From Thermoanaerobaculia bacterium (GTDB lineage Bacteria > Acidobacteriota > Thermoanaerobaculia > Multivoradales > Multivoraceae): 64,000 nucleotides of DNA. A program made the translations under genes and the position numbers. The stretch covers positions 640,001-704,000 of the forward strand of contig OY761158.1 of assembly GCA_963664405.1 (NCBI GenBank). The letters are read 5' to 3'. Numbering within the stretch: position 1 is the first letter of the stretch; each line of letters starts with the position of its first letter. Shown piece after piece: positions 39,188-49,496 of this stretch. Under the pieces are notes generated by a model. The model searched no databases. It was given only the letters and a program-made list of their open reading frames with translations, and was not told where the DNA came from.

Positions 39188-40774
39188 TTGACCAAGACAT
39201 TCAGAGAAGGCTCACGCCGCCCACGCCGATGGATCGGCACTGCCTTGCTGGCCATGCTCGGCTTGTTAGCGACTTCCGCGCTCGCCCAGGACAAGCCGAA
39301 CATTCTGGTCATCTGGGGTGACGATATCGGCTGGTACAACATCAGCGCCTACAACCAGGGGGTGATGGGATACCAGACCCCCAATATCGACCGCATCGCC
39401 CGCGAAGGCGCTCTCTTTACCGACTGGTACGGGCAGCAGAGCTGCACCGCCGGCCGTGCCGCATTTATTACCGGCCAATCTCCGATTCGCACCGGTCTGA
39501 CCAAGGTCGGACTACCCAGCGCGCCGGAGGGAATGCCGATCGAGGACCCGACCATTGCCGGCCTGCTCAAGAACCACGGCTACATGACCGGCCAGTTCGG
39601 CAAGAACCATCTCGGCGATCGCGACGAGCACCTGCCGACCAATCATGGCTTCGACGAGTTTCTTGGCAACCTCTACCACCTCAACGCCGAGGACGAGCCC
39701 GAGAACGTCGACTACCCCGGCGACATGGTATTGGCGGATGGCCGTACCTTCAAAGAGGTTTTCGGACCAAGAGGCGTGATCAAGTCGTCGGCTGACGGCC
39801 AGATCGAGGACACCGGTCCGCTGAACCGGAAGCGGATGGAGACCGTCGACGTCGAGGTCACCGACGCGGCGCTGAACTTCATCGATCGCGCACACGCAGC
39901 CAAGAAGCCTTTCTTCGTTTGGTGGAACTCGACGCGGATGCATGTCTTCACCAGGCTCAAGGCCGAGTCCCAAGGCGTCACCGGACTCGGTATCTACCCT
40001 GACGGCATGGTCGAGCACGACGGCATGGTCGGGCAGCTTCTCGACAAGTTGGACGAACTGGGCATCGCCGACAATACGATCGTCATGTACTCGACCGACA
40101 ACGGCGCGGAAATGATGACTTGGCCTGATGGTGGGACGACCCCCTTTCGAGGAGAGAAGAACACGAACTGGGAGGGCGGTTACCGCGTCCCGACCGCCAT
40201 TCGTTGGCCTGGCGTCATCAAGCCGGGAACGCTCGAGAACGGGATCTTCGCCCACGAAGACATGCTGCCGACCCTGCTCGCTGCCGCCGGCGAGACCGAC
40301 ATCAAGGAGAAGCTGCTGAAGGGTGGAGTCAATGCCATCGGGCGCACCTACAAGTCGCATCTCGACGGCTACAACTTTCTGCCCTACCTGAAAGGTGAAG
40401 TCGACGAGGCGCCGCGCCAGGAGTTCCTGTACTGGACCGACGATGGCGACATCGCGTGCCTGCGCTACAACAATTGGAAGATCGTCTTCATGGAGCAGCG
40501 CGCCCACGGTTTCGATGTGTGGCAAGACCCCTTTGTCGTGCTCCGCTTCCCTAAGCTGTTGAATCTGCGCACCGATCCCTTCGAGCGGGCCGACCACGAA
40601 GGCATCGGCTACGCACAGTGGCGGGCAGAGCGTATGTTCGCGATCGCGCCGGCGATGATGTTTGTGGGTCAATATCTGCAGAGCTTCCAGGAGTTCCCAC
40701 CGCGCCAGAAGCCGGGCTCTTTCAATCTCAGCCACGCGATGGAAAAGATCCAGAGCGGCAGCCCGAACAACTGA
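39188..40774 (+). CDS. Secreted arylsulfatase family protein
   Basis: PNILVIWGDDIG, SCTAGR (FGly motif), FGKNHLG, STDNG, GEKNTNWEGG; signal peptide. Confidence 0.92.
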   Translation: MTKTFREGSRRPRRWIGTALLAMLGLLATSALAQDKPNILVIWGDDIGWYNISAYNQGVMGYQTPNIDRIAREGALFTDWYGQQSCTAGRAAFITGQSPIRTGLTKVGLPSAPEGMPIEDPTIAGLLKNHGYMTGQFGKNHLGDRDEHLPTNHGFDEFLGNLYHLNAEDEPENVDYPGDMVLADGRTFKEVFGPRGVIKSSADGQIEDTGPLNRKRMETVDVEVTDAALNFIDRAHAAKKPFFVWWNSTRMHVFTRLKAESQGVTGLGIYPDGMVEHDGMVGQLLDKLDELGIADNTIVMYSTDNGAEMMTWPDGGTTPFRGEKNTNWEGGYRVPTAIRWPGVIKPGTLENGIFAHEDMLPTLLAAAGETDIKEKLLKGGVNAIGRTYKSHLDGYNFLPYLKGEVDEAPRQEFLYWTDDGDIACLRYNNWKIVFMEQRAHGFDVWQDPFVVLRFPKLLNLRTDPFERADHEGIGYAQWRAERMFAIAPAMMFVGQYLQSFQEFPPRQKPGSFNLSHAMEKIQSGSPNN

Positions 40775-40779
40775 CTGCT

Positions 40780-41814
40780 TTGGAACGTGTCCTAATCGGG
40801 GCCCTCCTCGTTCTCGTCCTCGCGTGCGCACCCAACGAGTCGCCACTCGAGGTCGAGGACGGGTCTGTCCCTGCCGATTCACCCGCACACGCGAGCGAGC
40901 TTCTGTCCTGGAACGACGGGGCCGCACGCGAAGCGATCCTGAGCTTCGTCGCGCAAGTAACCAACAAAGCTGGACTCGGCTGGGTGCCGCCGGAGGAGCG
41001 GATCGCGGTCTTCGACAACGACGGCACTCTCTGGTCAGAGCAGCCCGCCTATTTCCAGCTGCTCTTCGCCGTCGATCGCGTGCGCGATCTGGCGGACGAG
41101 CACCCCGAATGGAAGTCCCAGCAGCCCTTCAAGGGCGCGCTCGAGGGTGACCTGGAAGCGGTCGCCGCGGCTGGTACCAGCGGGGTTCTGGAGCTTCTGA
41201 TGGCATCCCACGCCGGCATGACGAGCGCCGAGTTCACCGCCATCGCCGCGGACTGGTTCGCGACCGCTCGTCATCCCACACTCGACCGCCCCTATACCGA
41301 GCTCGTATACCAGCCGATGCTCGAGCTACTCGACTATCTGCGGGCCAATGGCTTCAAGACCTTCATCGTGTCTGGCGGGGGCATCGAGATGATGCGAGTC
41401 TTCAGCCAGGAGGTCTATGGCATCCCCCCGGAGCAGGTCGTCGGCTCGAGCATCAAGACTCAGTACGAGAATCGCGAAGACGGCCCCGTCCTCGTAAGAG
41501 TCGATGAGATCGACTTCATCGACGATAAGGAGGGCAAGCCGGTCGGCATCCATCGCCACATCGGTCGCCGTCCGATTCTCGCTTTCGGGAACTCCGATGG
41601 AGATCAGCAGATGCTTCAATGGACTGCCGCAGGAGACGGGCCGAGATTCATCGGTATCGTCCGGCACACCGACGCCGACCGGGAGTGGGCCTATGATCGT
41701 GACTCACACATCGGTCGCCTCGACGCGGCTCTCGACGAGGCAGAGCAACGGGGTTGGACCGTAGTCGATATGCGACAGGACTGGAAGACCATCTACTCTC
41801 CAAGCTCGCCATAG
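40780..41814 (+). CDS. HAD-family hydrolase / nonspecific acid phosphatase-like lipoprotein
   Basis: FDNDGTLWSEQP, VSGGG, GNSDGD; lipobox VLAC. Confidence 0.88.
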   Translation: MERVLIGALLVLVLACAPNESPLEVEDGSVPADSPAHASELLSWNDGAAREAILSFVAQVTNKAGLGWVPPEERIAVFDNDGTLWSEQPAYFQLLFAVDRVRDLADEHPEWKSQQPFKGALEGDLEAVAAAGTSGVLELLMASHAGMTSAEFTAIAADWFATARHPTLDRPYTELVYQPMLELLDYLRANGFKTFIVSGGGIEMMRVFSQEVYGIPPEQVVGSSIKTQYENREDGPVLVRVDEIDFIDDKEGKPVGIHRHIGRRPILAFGNSDGDQQMLQWTAAGDGPRFIGIVRHTDADREWAYDRDSHIGRLDAALDEAEQRGWTVVDMRQDWKTIYSPSSP

Positions 41815-41825
41815 CGGTGCTCTAC

Positions 41826-42433
41826 GGGCCCGCGAGCTTCAGCCCGGATGACGTCGTGAAGAAACTCCAGAGGAACAGAGGCTAGGGCAGCGAGCCCCTC
41901 TTCAGCTGAGCGACTTCGCGGGGTTGAGAGGCGAGAGAGTGACGGCGCTCGTAACGCGCCGGCGGTCTCGAGTCAGCTTTCGGGCCGCGTCGAGGCGACG
42001 GCTGATCTCCGCCGGGTTCCACGCGATATCGGTAGAACGAGAAGCGGCGTCCTGTAGCTCGAGCAACCTGGTCTGGAGATCCTCGTCGCCTACGAGGATT
42101 GCGATGGATTCCAGCGTGGGCGGTTCGGGTAGGAGCGCAAGCGTGTCTCGCCAGCGATAGAGCTCCCTCAAAGTGGAAACGGCATCTCCCTCCGAAAGAG
42201 CTCGACGCAGCTCCTGCCAAGCCCTCGTTTCCGAATCTTCCGAGCGGCGAAAACGCCCCGATAGAGCGCCGAGAGTGCGGCCTATCCGCCTCGACCGGAA
42301 GCTCAATCTGAAGAGCTTCTTCGTCATGGGCCCCGACCGGGTCAACATCGAGATCGTTGAAGCCAAGCCTATCCCCGAGGGCCTGTGGGACGATTGGATC
42401 GAGGACCCCGCAACCAGCCGATCACTTCCTTAG
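41826..42433. pseudogene. Cluster of three orphan 3' gene fragments (sulfatase-like tail +, BatD-like tail -, VOC/glyoxalase-like tail +)
   Basis: 41826-41885 (+) GPASFSPDDVVKKLQ resembles the end of the upstream sulfatase (PGSFNLSHAMEKIQ). 41902 to about 42290 (-) ends LSPLNP. About 42295-42433 (+) reads SFFVMGPDRVNIEIVE. None has a credible N-terminus. Confidence 0.5.
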
Positions 42434-43806
42434 CGCATCAGCTCCGGCCTCTCGGTCTCGACAAAGGGGCGGAGCTCGAAAAGCGACCTCGTCAGCGCGG
42501 CGATGGCCTGGTCAATGTGCTCGTCCGTCATCGCCGTACTCACGCAGTACATCAAACGACTCGCCGACATCACTCCATGTCGAAGCATCGTCAGGTGCAG
42601 GAGTCGCGGGATGTGGCCACTCGCGGCCATCGCCGCTATCGAGTCACGAGCATCATGGGGCGGCTCGTCAATGAAGTGAAGGTTGGCCAGGGAGCCCATG
42701 CCGGTCGCGTGCCCCCGGACCCCCGCCTCTTCGAACGCCCCGGTAAATCCTTCGCGCAAGCGTCTCCCCATGGCATTGATACGAGCGCACTCCTCAGCGG
42801 AATAGGCCCGCATCGCCGCTAAGCCGGATGCCATCGTCAGCGCGTTTCCCGAAAAAGTGCTGGCGTGCATCACCGGCCTCTTCGTGTCGGGGCTGAAGAG
42901 CTGCATCAACTCTCTTCTGCCGCCGACACCACCGATCGGCAAACCACCACCAATGATCTTGCCCATGCAGGTGAGATCAGGCTCGATTCCGTGCACTCCC
43001 TGAGCACCGCCAAGACCGAGACGCAGAGTAATCACCTCATCGAAGACCAAGACGATGCCATGCTCGAGTGTCGCCTCTCTGAGCGTGCGAAGGAACTCCA
43101 CCGTTGCCGGAACCATCCCCAGCGAGCCAAGCACCGGCTCGACAATCACGGCGGCGAGATCATCGGCATGAAGATCGATCAGCCTCTTCGCTTTGACGGG
43201 CTCGTTGTACGGGCAAACCACGGTATCGCTCAGCACGCTGTCAGGGAAGCTGCCATCGACGGCTAGCGAATTCGGTGCGTCGAGAGTGCCGCGCTGATCG
43301 GGGAAGGGTACGAGAGAGACCTCGGCGAGCTCGTAGCTCCCGTGGTAACCGCCTTCCATCTTCATTACTTTCTGGCGCCCTGTCGCCGCGCGAGCGCACC
43401 TCAGCGCCATCAAGGTTCCTTCGGTACCCGAGCTGCAGAACCTCATCTGCTCGATGGAAGACACTCGTTCGGCAATCAATTCCGCCAGCTCGATCTGATT
43501 CACGCTGGGTGCGGCGTAGGCGGAGCCGAGGGAGACCTGGCCGGCCACCGCGTCAACAACATCGGGGTGTGCGTGACCGTGGATCAACGAGGTGAAGTTG
43601 TTCATGAAGTCGAGGATCTCGTGACCATCGAGATCGGTCATGACGCAACCGGCGGCCGCCGTCATCGTCAGGGGATAGGGATCATAGTGGGCACTCGCAC
43701 GGGTATCCCCACCCGGGAACACCTGCCTGGCTCGCTCCCCCATCGCTGCCGAAGCGGGACTGAAGTCACGAAAGGCTTTGATCAAGGGGTGTTCAGGCCG
43801 CGTCAA
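42430..43806 (-). CDS. Class III PLP aminotransferase (GSA-aminomutase-like)
   Basis: SGTEG, GGYHG, FDEVIT, MGKIIGGGLP, STFSGN. Confidence 0.88.
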   Translation of the reverse strand: MTRPEHPLIKAFRDFSPASAAMGERARQVFPGGDTRASAHYDPYPLTMTAAAGCVMTDLDGHEILDFMNNFTSLIHGHAHPDVVDAVAGQVSLGSAYAAPSVNQIELAELIAERVSSIEQMRFCSSGTEGTLMALRCARAATGRQKVMKMEGGYHGSYELAEVSLVPFPDQRGTLDAPNSLAVDGSFPDSVLSDTVVCPYNEPVKAKRLIDLHADDLAAVIVEPVLGSLGMVPATVEFLRTLREATLEHGIVLVFDEVITLRLGLGGAQGVHGIEPDLTCMGKIIGGGLPIGGVGGRRELMQLFSPDTKRPVMHASTFSGNALTMASGLAAMRAYSAEECARINAMGRRLREGFTGAFEEAGVRGHATGMGSLANLHFIDEPPHDARDSIAAMAASGHIPRLLHLTMLRHGVMSASRLMYCVSTAMTDEHIDQAIAALTRSLFELRPFVETERPELMR

Positions 43807-43895
43807 GGCTGTCTCCTGGAAATACGAGACCCAAGGATACTCTTCCGTCGTAGGATGCTTGATTCACGCGACGGAAACAGCAGAGGAGATAGGTC

Positions 43896-44648
43896 ATGGA
43901 GCTCTTCGATCTGACAGGACAAGCCGCCATCGTCACGGGTGGCAATGGCGGTATCGGTCGGGGCATCGCCCTGGCGCTCGCGGAAGCCGGAGCCAAGATC
44001 TGCATTGCCGGCCGCAACGAGGAAAAGAACGAAGCTGTCCGTGCGGAGATCGACCAGATCGGGCGGGACTGCATCGCCCTAACCTGCGATGTCACGGACC
44101 TCGGCAACATCGAGGCGACACTCGACGCGGCGGAGGATGCCTTTGGAGGCGTCCAGATCCTGGTGAACAACGCAGGAGTCGCTGTTCTCGGTCCGCCAGA
44201 AGAAAGCACCGACGAGGACTGGTCCCAGGTGATCTCCACCAACCTCGACAGCGTCTTCCGCTTCTCTCGCGCCGCCCACTCCCGACTGCGCGGCGACGGC
44301 AAGATCATCAATATCGGTTCGGAGTACTCGCTTTTCGGCAGCCCCTTCGCCGCCAGCTACGCGGCAAGCAAGGGCGGAGTGATACAGCTCACCAAGTCGC
44401 TGGCGGTCGCCTGGGCAGCTGACGGTATCCGAGTCAACGCCCTCATCCCCGGCTGGATCACCACCGATCTGACGGCGCCGGTCAGGGGCATGGATGAGCT
44501 CTATCAGCAGATCATCGAGCGAACTCCTGCCAAGCGTTTCGGCGAGCCCGAGGAATGCGGAGGTGCCGCGGTCTTTCTCGCCTCATCCGCCTCGGCGTTC
44601 GTCACCGGGCAGAGCCTGGTCGTGGACGGCGGCTACAGCATCAGCTGA
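43896..44648 (+). CDS. Short-chain dehydrogenase/reductase (KduD/gluconate dehydrogenase-like)
   Basis: TGGNGGIG, NNAG, YAASK, VDGG. Confidence 0.92.
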   Translation: MELFDLTGQAAIVTGGNGGIGRGIALALAEAGAKICIAGRNEEKNEAVRAEIDQIGRDCIALTCDVTDLGNIEATLDAAEDAFGGVQILVNNAGVAVLGPPEESTDEDWSQVISTNLDSVFRFSRAAHSRLRGDGKIINIGSEYSLFGSPFAASYAASKGGVIQLTKSLAVAWAADGIRVNALIPGWITTDLTAPVRGMDELYQQIIERTPAKRFGEPEECGGAAVFLASSASAFVTGQSLVVDGGYSIS

Positions 44649-44656
44649 GCCAGCCG

Positions 44657-45529
44657 CTAATCGCGCCAGCGCCGATGACCCCATATGTATTGCTCTGGGG
44701 CCTGGCGGATGGCGGCTTCGAGGTATTCGTTCAGGGTGGTGAGGATGGCCAACACATCGTCCTTCTTGCGGCCGCTGCGGGCGCGTTGAATGAGCGGCGA
44801 GGTAGACAGCTCGAATTGCATCGGCGCCAGCCGACGACAACTGGCAAAACACAGTGGCGCACGAGTGACGAGGTGGAGCATCGCCGCGGTGGTGTAGGTC
44901 CACGCCGGGCGCCCGAAAAAATCCACCGCAACTCCTCCCGAGCGGGCATGCTGGTCGGTGAGCAGGGCCAGGATCTCGCCGCTCTTCAACACCTCCAGAA
45001 AGCGACCGGCATCGGCACCGTACTTGGGAATGGGATGGAAGCGATAGCGCGGCTTGCGGCGAAGGATCAGCTCCTCGACCCGCGGATTGTTCATCGGCCG
45101 GGTGATGCCAGCGACGGGCTTGAATCGAGAGAGCAGCTGTGCCGCGATCTCCCAGCTGCCAAAGTGCCCCGAGGCCACGATCAGGCCCTGTTCCGGATCC
45201 TCGAGCACCTCTATCACATCCGCCGGGATCTCCAACTGAATATGCTCGCGCCAGCGGTCCTCGGCGAGTACCTCAGCTGATCTCAGCGACTCGACAACCA
45301 CCATCCCCACATGCTCCGCCGACCGCCGACTGAGCGCTCGGACGCGACGCGGGTCGGTCTCGATCCCGCTCTCGAGAACGTTCTCGCGCGCGACCCGACG
45401 GCGACGCCGATCTACCACCCACCACAGATCCGCCAACGCGCGGGAAAACCTGTAGGCGGCACCAACAGAGACTCTGTCGACGACCGCGAGCGCCGCGCGC
45501 AGCAGGAGATATTCGGAGAGGTGACGCAG
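44657..45529 (-). CDS. LpxL/HtrB-like lysophospholipid acyltransferase
   Basis: GHFGSWE (Hx4E), DQH, FFGRPA, IRQAPEQYIWGHRRW. Start uncertain; CTG at 45529 after GGAG is proposed. Confidence 0.85.
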   Translation of the reverse strand: MRHLSEYLLLRAALAVVDRVSVGAAYRFSRALADLWWVVDRRRRRVARENVLESGIETDPRRVRALSRRSAEHVGMVVVESLRSAEVLAEDRWREHIQLEIPADVIEVLEDPEQGLIVASGHFGSWEIAAQLLSRFKPVAGITRPMNNPRVEELILRRKPRYRFHPIPKYGADAGRFLEVLKSGEILALLTDQHARSGGVAVDFFGRPAWTYTTAAMLHLVTRAPLCFASCRRLAPMQFELSTSPLIQRARSGRKKDDVLAILTTLNEYLEAAIRQAPEQYIWGHRRWRD

Positions 45530-45533
45530 CCGG

Positions 45534-45779
45534 CTAGGCTCCGCGCTGCTTGAGTAACTCGGCCATGTCACCGACGGTGCGGGTAGCGACCACATCGGTG
45601 GCCTCGAGCTCGATCCCGAACTCCTGTTCGACGTCGTAGAGCAGATCGAGAATTGACAGTGAATCGAAGCCGAGCGATTTGATCGTGGTCTCACCGTTCA
45701 TCTGGGTCCAGTCACGCTCTTCCGTAGCATTGTCACGCACGATGTCCCGCAGTCGGATGATGATCTTCTCCTCGCTCAT
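45534..45779 (-). CDS. Acyl carrier protein
   Basis: 81 aa, acidic, LGFDSL phosphopantetheine site, EQEFGIE, TVGD; RBS GAGGAG. Confidence 0.9.
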   Translation of the reverse strand: MSEEKIIIRLRDIVRDNATEERDWTQMNGETTIKSLGFDSLSILDLLYDVEQEFGIELEATDVVATRTVGDMAELLKQRGA

Positions 45780-45789
45780 GAAACTCTCC

Positions 45790-47031
45790 TCACTCGGTCC
45801 GCGCGAGCACGAGTACGCCGTTGCCGCCGCCAAACCCGAAACTGTTCTTCATTGCCAACGCCGAGTCGAGCGCCATCGGCTCGTCTCCGACCAGCTTCAC
45901 GTCGCACTCCGGATCGGGCGTGTCGAGATTGAGATTGGGAGGCACGACGCCTGCCTCGAGACTGAGTAGCGTCACGATGCTCTCGATCGCTCCGGAAGCT
46001 CCCAGAGTGTGCCCGAAGTACGACTTGTTGGCGGACACCGGGACTCGATCTACAGACGCACCCAGCACCTCACGGATCGAGCGACTCTCGCAGACGTCGT
46101 TGGCAAGAGTCGCGGTTCCGTGGGCGTTGACGAAGCCGATCTCTTCGGCACTGACCCCGGCGTCGTCCAGAGCCATGCGCATCGCGGTCGCCTGCCCCTC
46201 GACACTGGGGCTGGTCAGATGGGTCGCATCCGACGACTCGCCGTAACCGAGGATCTCGCCGCGGATCGTCGCGCCGCGGGCACGAGCCCGGTCGAGCGAC
46301 TCCACCACCAGCGCACCGGCGCCCTCGCCGAGGACGCAACCATCACGGGCGGCGTCGAAAGGACGGCAGGCTCGGGCCGGGTCGGGCTCGGTGGAAAGCA
46401 CTCCGAGATTGTTCCACACACCAAAAAAGAAAGGATCGAAGAACCCCTCGGCACCCCCGCAGAGCACGGTCTCTGCGTAGCCGTGCCTCACCATGCGCAG
46501 CGCGGCACCGATTGCGTTGGTCGACGAAGTACACGCCGAGACGATGATCTGATTGGTGCCGACGAGCCCGAACTGGATCGAGATCCCCGCCGAGATGGCG
46601 TTGTACATGCACTTCGGTACGGTGGAGGGGCGCAGTCCACGGGGCCCGCGCTTGAAGAAGCGCTCGAAAGAACTGTGATGGCTCTGCGCCGAACCGATCC
46701 CGGTGCCGAAGACTACGGCTACATCTCGAGGTGAATAAGGTGGCTCCTCCTCCAGCAGCCCAGCCTGCTCCAGCGCCCCGGCGGCGGCAACGAGTCCGAG
46801 GTCGAGGGCCCGATCGACCGCGCGCCTTCCCAGTCGCTTCAGGCCCGCGGCGACACTCTCACCATCGACCTCGGCGCCGATTCCGACCCGATAGTCGGTG
46901 GTGTCCAGGGCCTGCAGTTGGCCGATACCTCCCCGCCCCGCGAGAAGGCTCGCCCATACGGTCTCTTCGTCGGTACCGATCGCGCTCGCAATCCCCAGCC
47001 CGGTCACCACAACTCGACGAGATTCGGCCAT
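45790..47031 (-). CDS. Beta-ketoacyl-ACP synthase II-like (FabF family)
   Basis: RRVVVTGLG, SACTSS (Cys), NAHGT, GHTLGASG, NSFGFGG. Confidence 0.92.
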   Translation of the reverse strand: MAESRRVVVTGLGIASAIGTDEETVWASLLAGRGGIGQLQALDTTDYRVGIGAEVDGESVAAGLKRLGRRAVDRALDLGLVAAAGALEQAGLLEEEPPYSPRDVAVVFGTGIGSAQSHHSSFERFFKRGPRGLRPSTVPKCMYNAISAGISIQFGLVGTNQIIVSACTSSTNAIGAALRMVRHGYAETVLCGGAEGFFDPFFFGVWNNLGVLSTEPDPARACRPFDAARDGCVLGEGAGALVVESLDRARARGATIRGEILGYGESSDATHLTSPSVEGQATAMRMALDDAGVSAEEIGFVNAHGTATLANDVCESRSIREVLGASVDRVPVSANKSYFGHTLGASGAIESIVTLLSLEAGVVPPNLNLDTPDPECDVKLVGDEPMALDSALAMKNSFGFGGGNGVLVLARTE

Positions 47032-47774
47032 CAGCCCTGCATCCATAGGCCGCCGTCGACATGAAGCACCTGACCGGTGAGGTACGACGAATCGGACGAC
47101 ATCAAAAAGGCCACAACCTTGGCGATCTCGCTGGGCTCCCCGATACGCCCGAGCGGAATGCCGAGACTCTTGCGGTTCTCTTCCGGCAGGCCTGCGGTCA
47201 TATCGGTCTCGACGAAACCAGGGGACACAGCGTTACAGCGCACCCCGAAACGGGCCGCCTCGAGCGCCAAGCTGCGAGTCAGGCTCACCAGACCGGCCTT
47301 GGCGGCCGCGTAGTCCGCGCCCATCCATCCTCCGGGACCGTGTGCCGCCAACGATGCGACATTGACGATGCTGCCACGGCGAGCGCGGCGCATCAGCAGA
47401 TACGCCGCCTGCGAGGCCACGAATGCCGCCTCGAGATTGAGACTGAAAGTCTTGCGCCACCCCTCCAGGTCGAGCCCGCGAAATGCCACTGGACGACCGC
47501 CGCCCGCGTTATTTACCAAGCCGTCCACTGAGCCGCAGCGTTCTGCCACCTCTGCAACCAAGCCACGCGCGGACTCGGCCTCCTCGAAGTCCGCGACGAA
47601 AGGCTGAGCGCGCTCCCGGTCGAGCTCGACGCAAACTCGCTCCACCTGCACTGGGTCTCGTCCGTGTATCGCGACTACCGCGCCACGAGCGAGGAGCTCC
47701 GTGGCAACCGCAAGGCCAATGCCGCGGCTGGATCCGGTGACCAGGATGACGTTGTCGGCGAGGCTGGGATTCAT
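47031..47774 (-). CDS. 3-oxoacyl-ACP reductase (FabG-like SDR)
   Basis: TGSSRGIG, NNAG, YAAAK, PGFVETDMT, VDGG; coupled to the FabF-like gene. Confidence 0.88.
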   Translation of the reverse strand: MNPSLADNVILVTGSSRGIGLAVATELLARGAVVAIHGRDPVQVERVCVELDRERAQPFVADFEEAESARGLVAEVAERCGSVDGLVNNAGGGRPVAFRGLDLEGWRKTFSLNLEAAFVASQAAYLLMRRARRGSIVNVASLAAHGPGGWMGADYAAAKAGLVSLTRSLALEAARFGVRCNAVSPGFVETDMTAGLPEENRKSLGIPLGRIGEPSEIAKVVAFLMSSDSSYLTGQVLHVDGGLWMQG

Positions 47775-47858
47775 ACTGCTTTGCGTTCCTGCCGCGCTCA
47801 AAAAAGATACCACGCCGCTGGCGCCGTGGCGGGCCCACACCGGCCCCGGGTGGGGTCA

Positions 47859-49475
47859 TCAGCCGACCGAGTCGACCGAGGGCCGGAACAGAGGCGCCCG
47901 CCGATGCTGGGTTTCCTGCTCGAAGGCATAGCCGAGACCGATCAGCTTGCCTTCGCTAAATGGCCTGCCGAAGAACGAGAGACCCACCGGGAGACCCTGA
48001 ATGAAGCCGGCGGGAACGGTGATGTTCGGATAACCTGCGACCGCCGCTGGAGTCGAGCTACTGCCGCCAAAGTGGTCGCCATTGACCAGATCGATGACCC
48101 ACGCCGGGCCCCCCGTCGGTGCAACAATCGCATCGAGACGGTGCTCCGAGACCACTCGGTCGATACCTTCGGTGCGCGACAGACGCCGCGATGTTTCCAG
48201 CGCGGCAACATACTCCGGGCTCGACAGCGGCCCCCGCTGCTGCGCCTCGAGAAACACCTCCTGCCCGAAGTAGGGCATCTCACGGTCACGATTCTCCTCG
48301 TTGAAGCGGATCAAGTCGGCCAGATCGCGAGCGGCAACACCGGGCCCCAGCTTCGCTAGGTAGGCAGCCACATCGGCCTTGAACTCGTATAGAAGGACCT
48401 CGTGAGAGCTATCGCGCAGTCCCGTCGAGACCTCCAGATCGATCGGGTCGACAAGCACTGCCCCCGCTTCCCTCAGCGCCTGTAGGGCGTCCTCCAGGAC
48501 TCTGTCGACATCGGCGTGGAACCCGAAGAAGGAGCGCGCCACACCGAGGCGGGCACCGCGAAGACTCCCAGCATCGAGGAACCTCGTGTAGTCGGCGTGG
48601 ACCGGCCCCGAGTGCCCGATCGTCGCGGAATCTTCGGGGTCGACTCCGCCGATCACTCCCAGGACGGCCGTCGCGTCGGCGACAGTGCGCGCCATCGGCC
48701 CGGCAGTGTCCTGGCTGTGGGCAATGGGAATGATGCCCGACCGACTCACCAGGCCCACTGTCGGCTTGATCCCGACCACGCCATTGGCCGACGACGGGCA
48801 GACCACCGAGCCGTTGGTCTCCGTGCCGATGGCAACGGTCGAAAAGCTCGCCGAGACAGCGGCGCCGGAGCCGCTCGACGAGCCGCACGGACTACGGTCG
48901 AGAACGAAGGGGTTCCGACACTGCCCGCCCCTGGCGCTCCACCCACTGGAAGAGCGGGAAGAGCGAAAGTTAGCCCACTCGCTGAGATTCGTCTTTCCAA
49001 GCAGAACTGCTCCACCCTCGCGGAGTGCCTTCGCGACGAAGGAGTCCCGGCTGGCGATCGATCCCTCGAGCGCCAAAGACCCAGCGGTCGTCGTCATGCG
49101 GTCGGCGGTGTCCACATTGTCCTTGAGCAGGACGGGGATCCCGTGGAGAGGCCCCCTCACCCGACCCGCCGCCCGCTCCCGATCCAAGGCTTCCGCTATC
49201 TCCAACGCATCGGGATTGATCTCGAGAACGCTGCTGAGCAGGGAGTCGTGCACCTCGATACGCTCGATATAGAGAGCAGCTATCTCTCGCGCCGAGAGCT
49301 CGCCCGACTCCATTCGGCGACGAAGCTCGACGACGCCGACCTCGGCAAGCTCGAAGTCGCCCACTCCAGCCGCCGGACTCACTTCAGGCTCCAGACCCGA
49401 GCTCGGCTTCCCGACCATGGCCGCGGCACATCCCAGCGCCGAGAGCCTGAGGAAGCTGCGGCGACTGCTCGGCAT
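47859..49475 (-). CDS. Tat-exported amidase (amidase signature family)
   Basis: SRRSFL Tat motif; LHGIPVLLKD, GSSSGS, GTETNGS. Confidence 0.9.
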   Translation of the reverse strand: MPSSRRSFLRLSALGCAAAMVGKPSSGLEPEVSPAAGVGDFELAEVGVVELRRRMESGELSAREIAALYIERIEVHDSLLSSVLEINPDALEIAEALDRERAAGRVRGPLHGIPVLLKDNVDTADRMTTTAGSLALEGSIASRDSFVAKALREGGAVLLGKTNLSEWANFRSSRSSSGWSARGGQCRNPFVLDRSPCGSSSGSGAAVSASFSTVAIGTETNGSVVCPSSANGVVGIKPTVGLVSRSGIIPIAHSQDTAGPMARTVADATAVLGVIGGVDPEDSATIGHSGPVHADYTRFLDAGSLRGARLGVARSFFGFHADVDRVLEDALQALREAGAVLVDPIDLEVSTGLRDSSHEVLLYEFKADVAAYLAKLGPGVAARDLADLIRFNEENRDREMPYFGQEVFLEAQQRGPLSSPEYVAALETSRRLSRTEGIDRVVSEHRLDAIVAPTGGPAWVIDLVNGDHFGGSSSTPAAVAGYPNITVPAGFIQGLPVGLSFFGRPFSEGKLIGLGYAFEQETQHRRAPLFRPSVDSVG

Positions 49476-49496
49476 TCACTCACCCGACCGCGGTCT

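Noticed and set aside
42430-43806. Assigning the symbol hemL
   Set aside because: It has the GSA-aminomutase-like fold, but the N-terminal motif is divergent (PGGDTRAS) and there is no heme-gene context; likely a paralog.
47859-49475. gatA (Glu-tRNA amidotransferase) because it lies next to glnS
   Set aside because: It has a Tat signal peptide and secreted-amidase features, and no gatB/gatC is adjacent.
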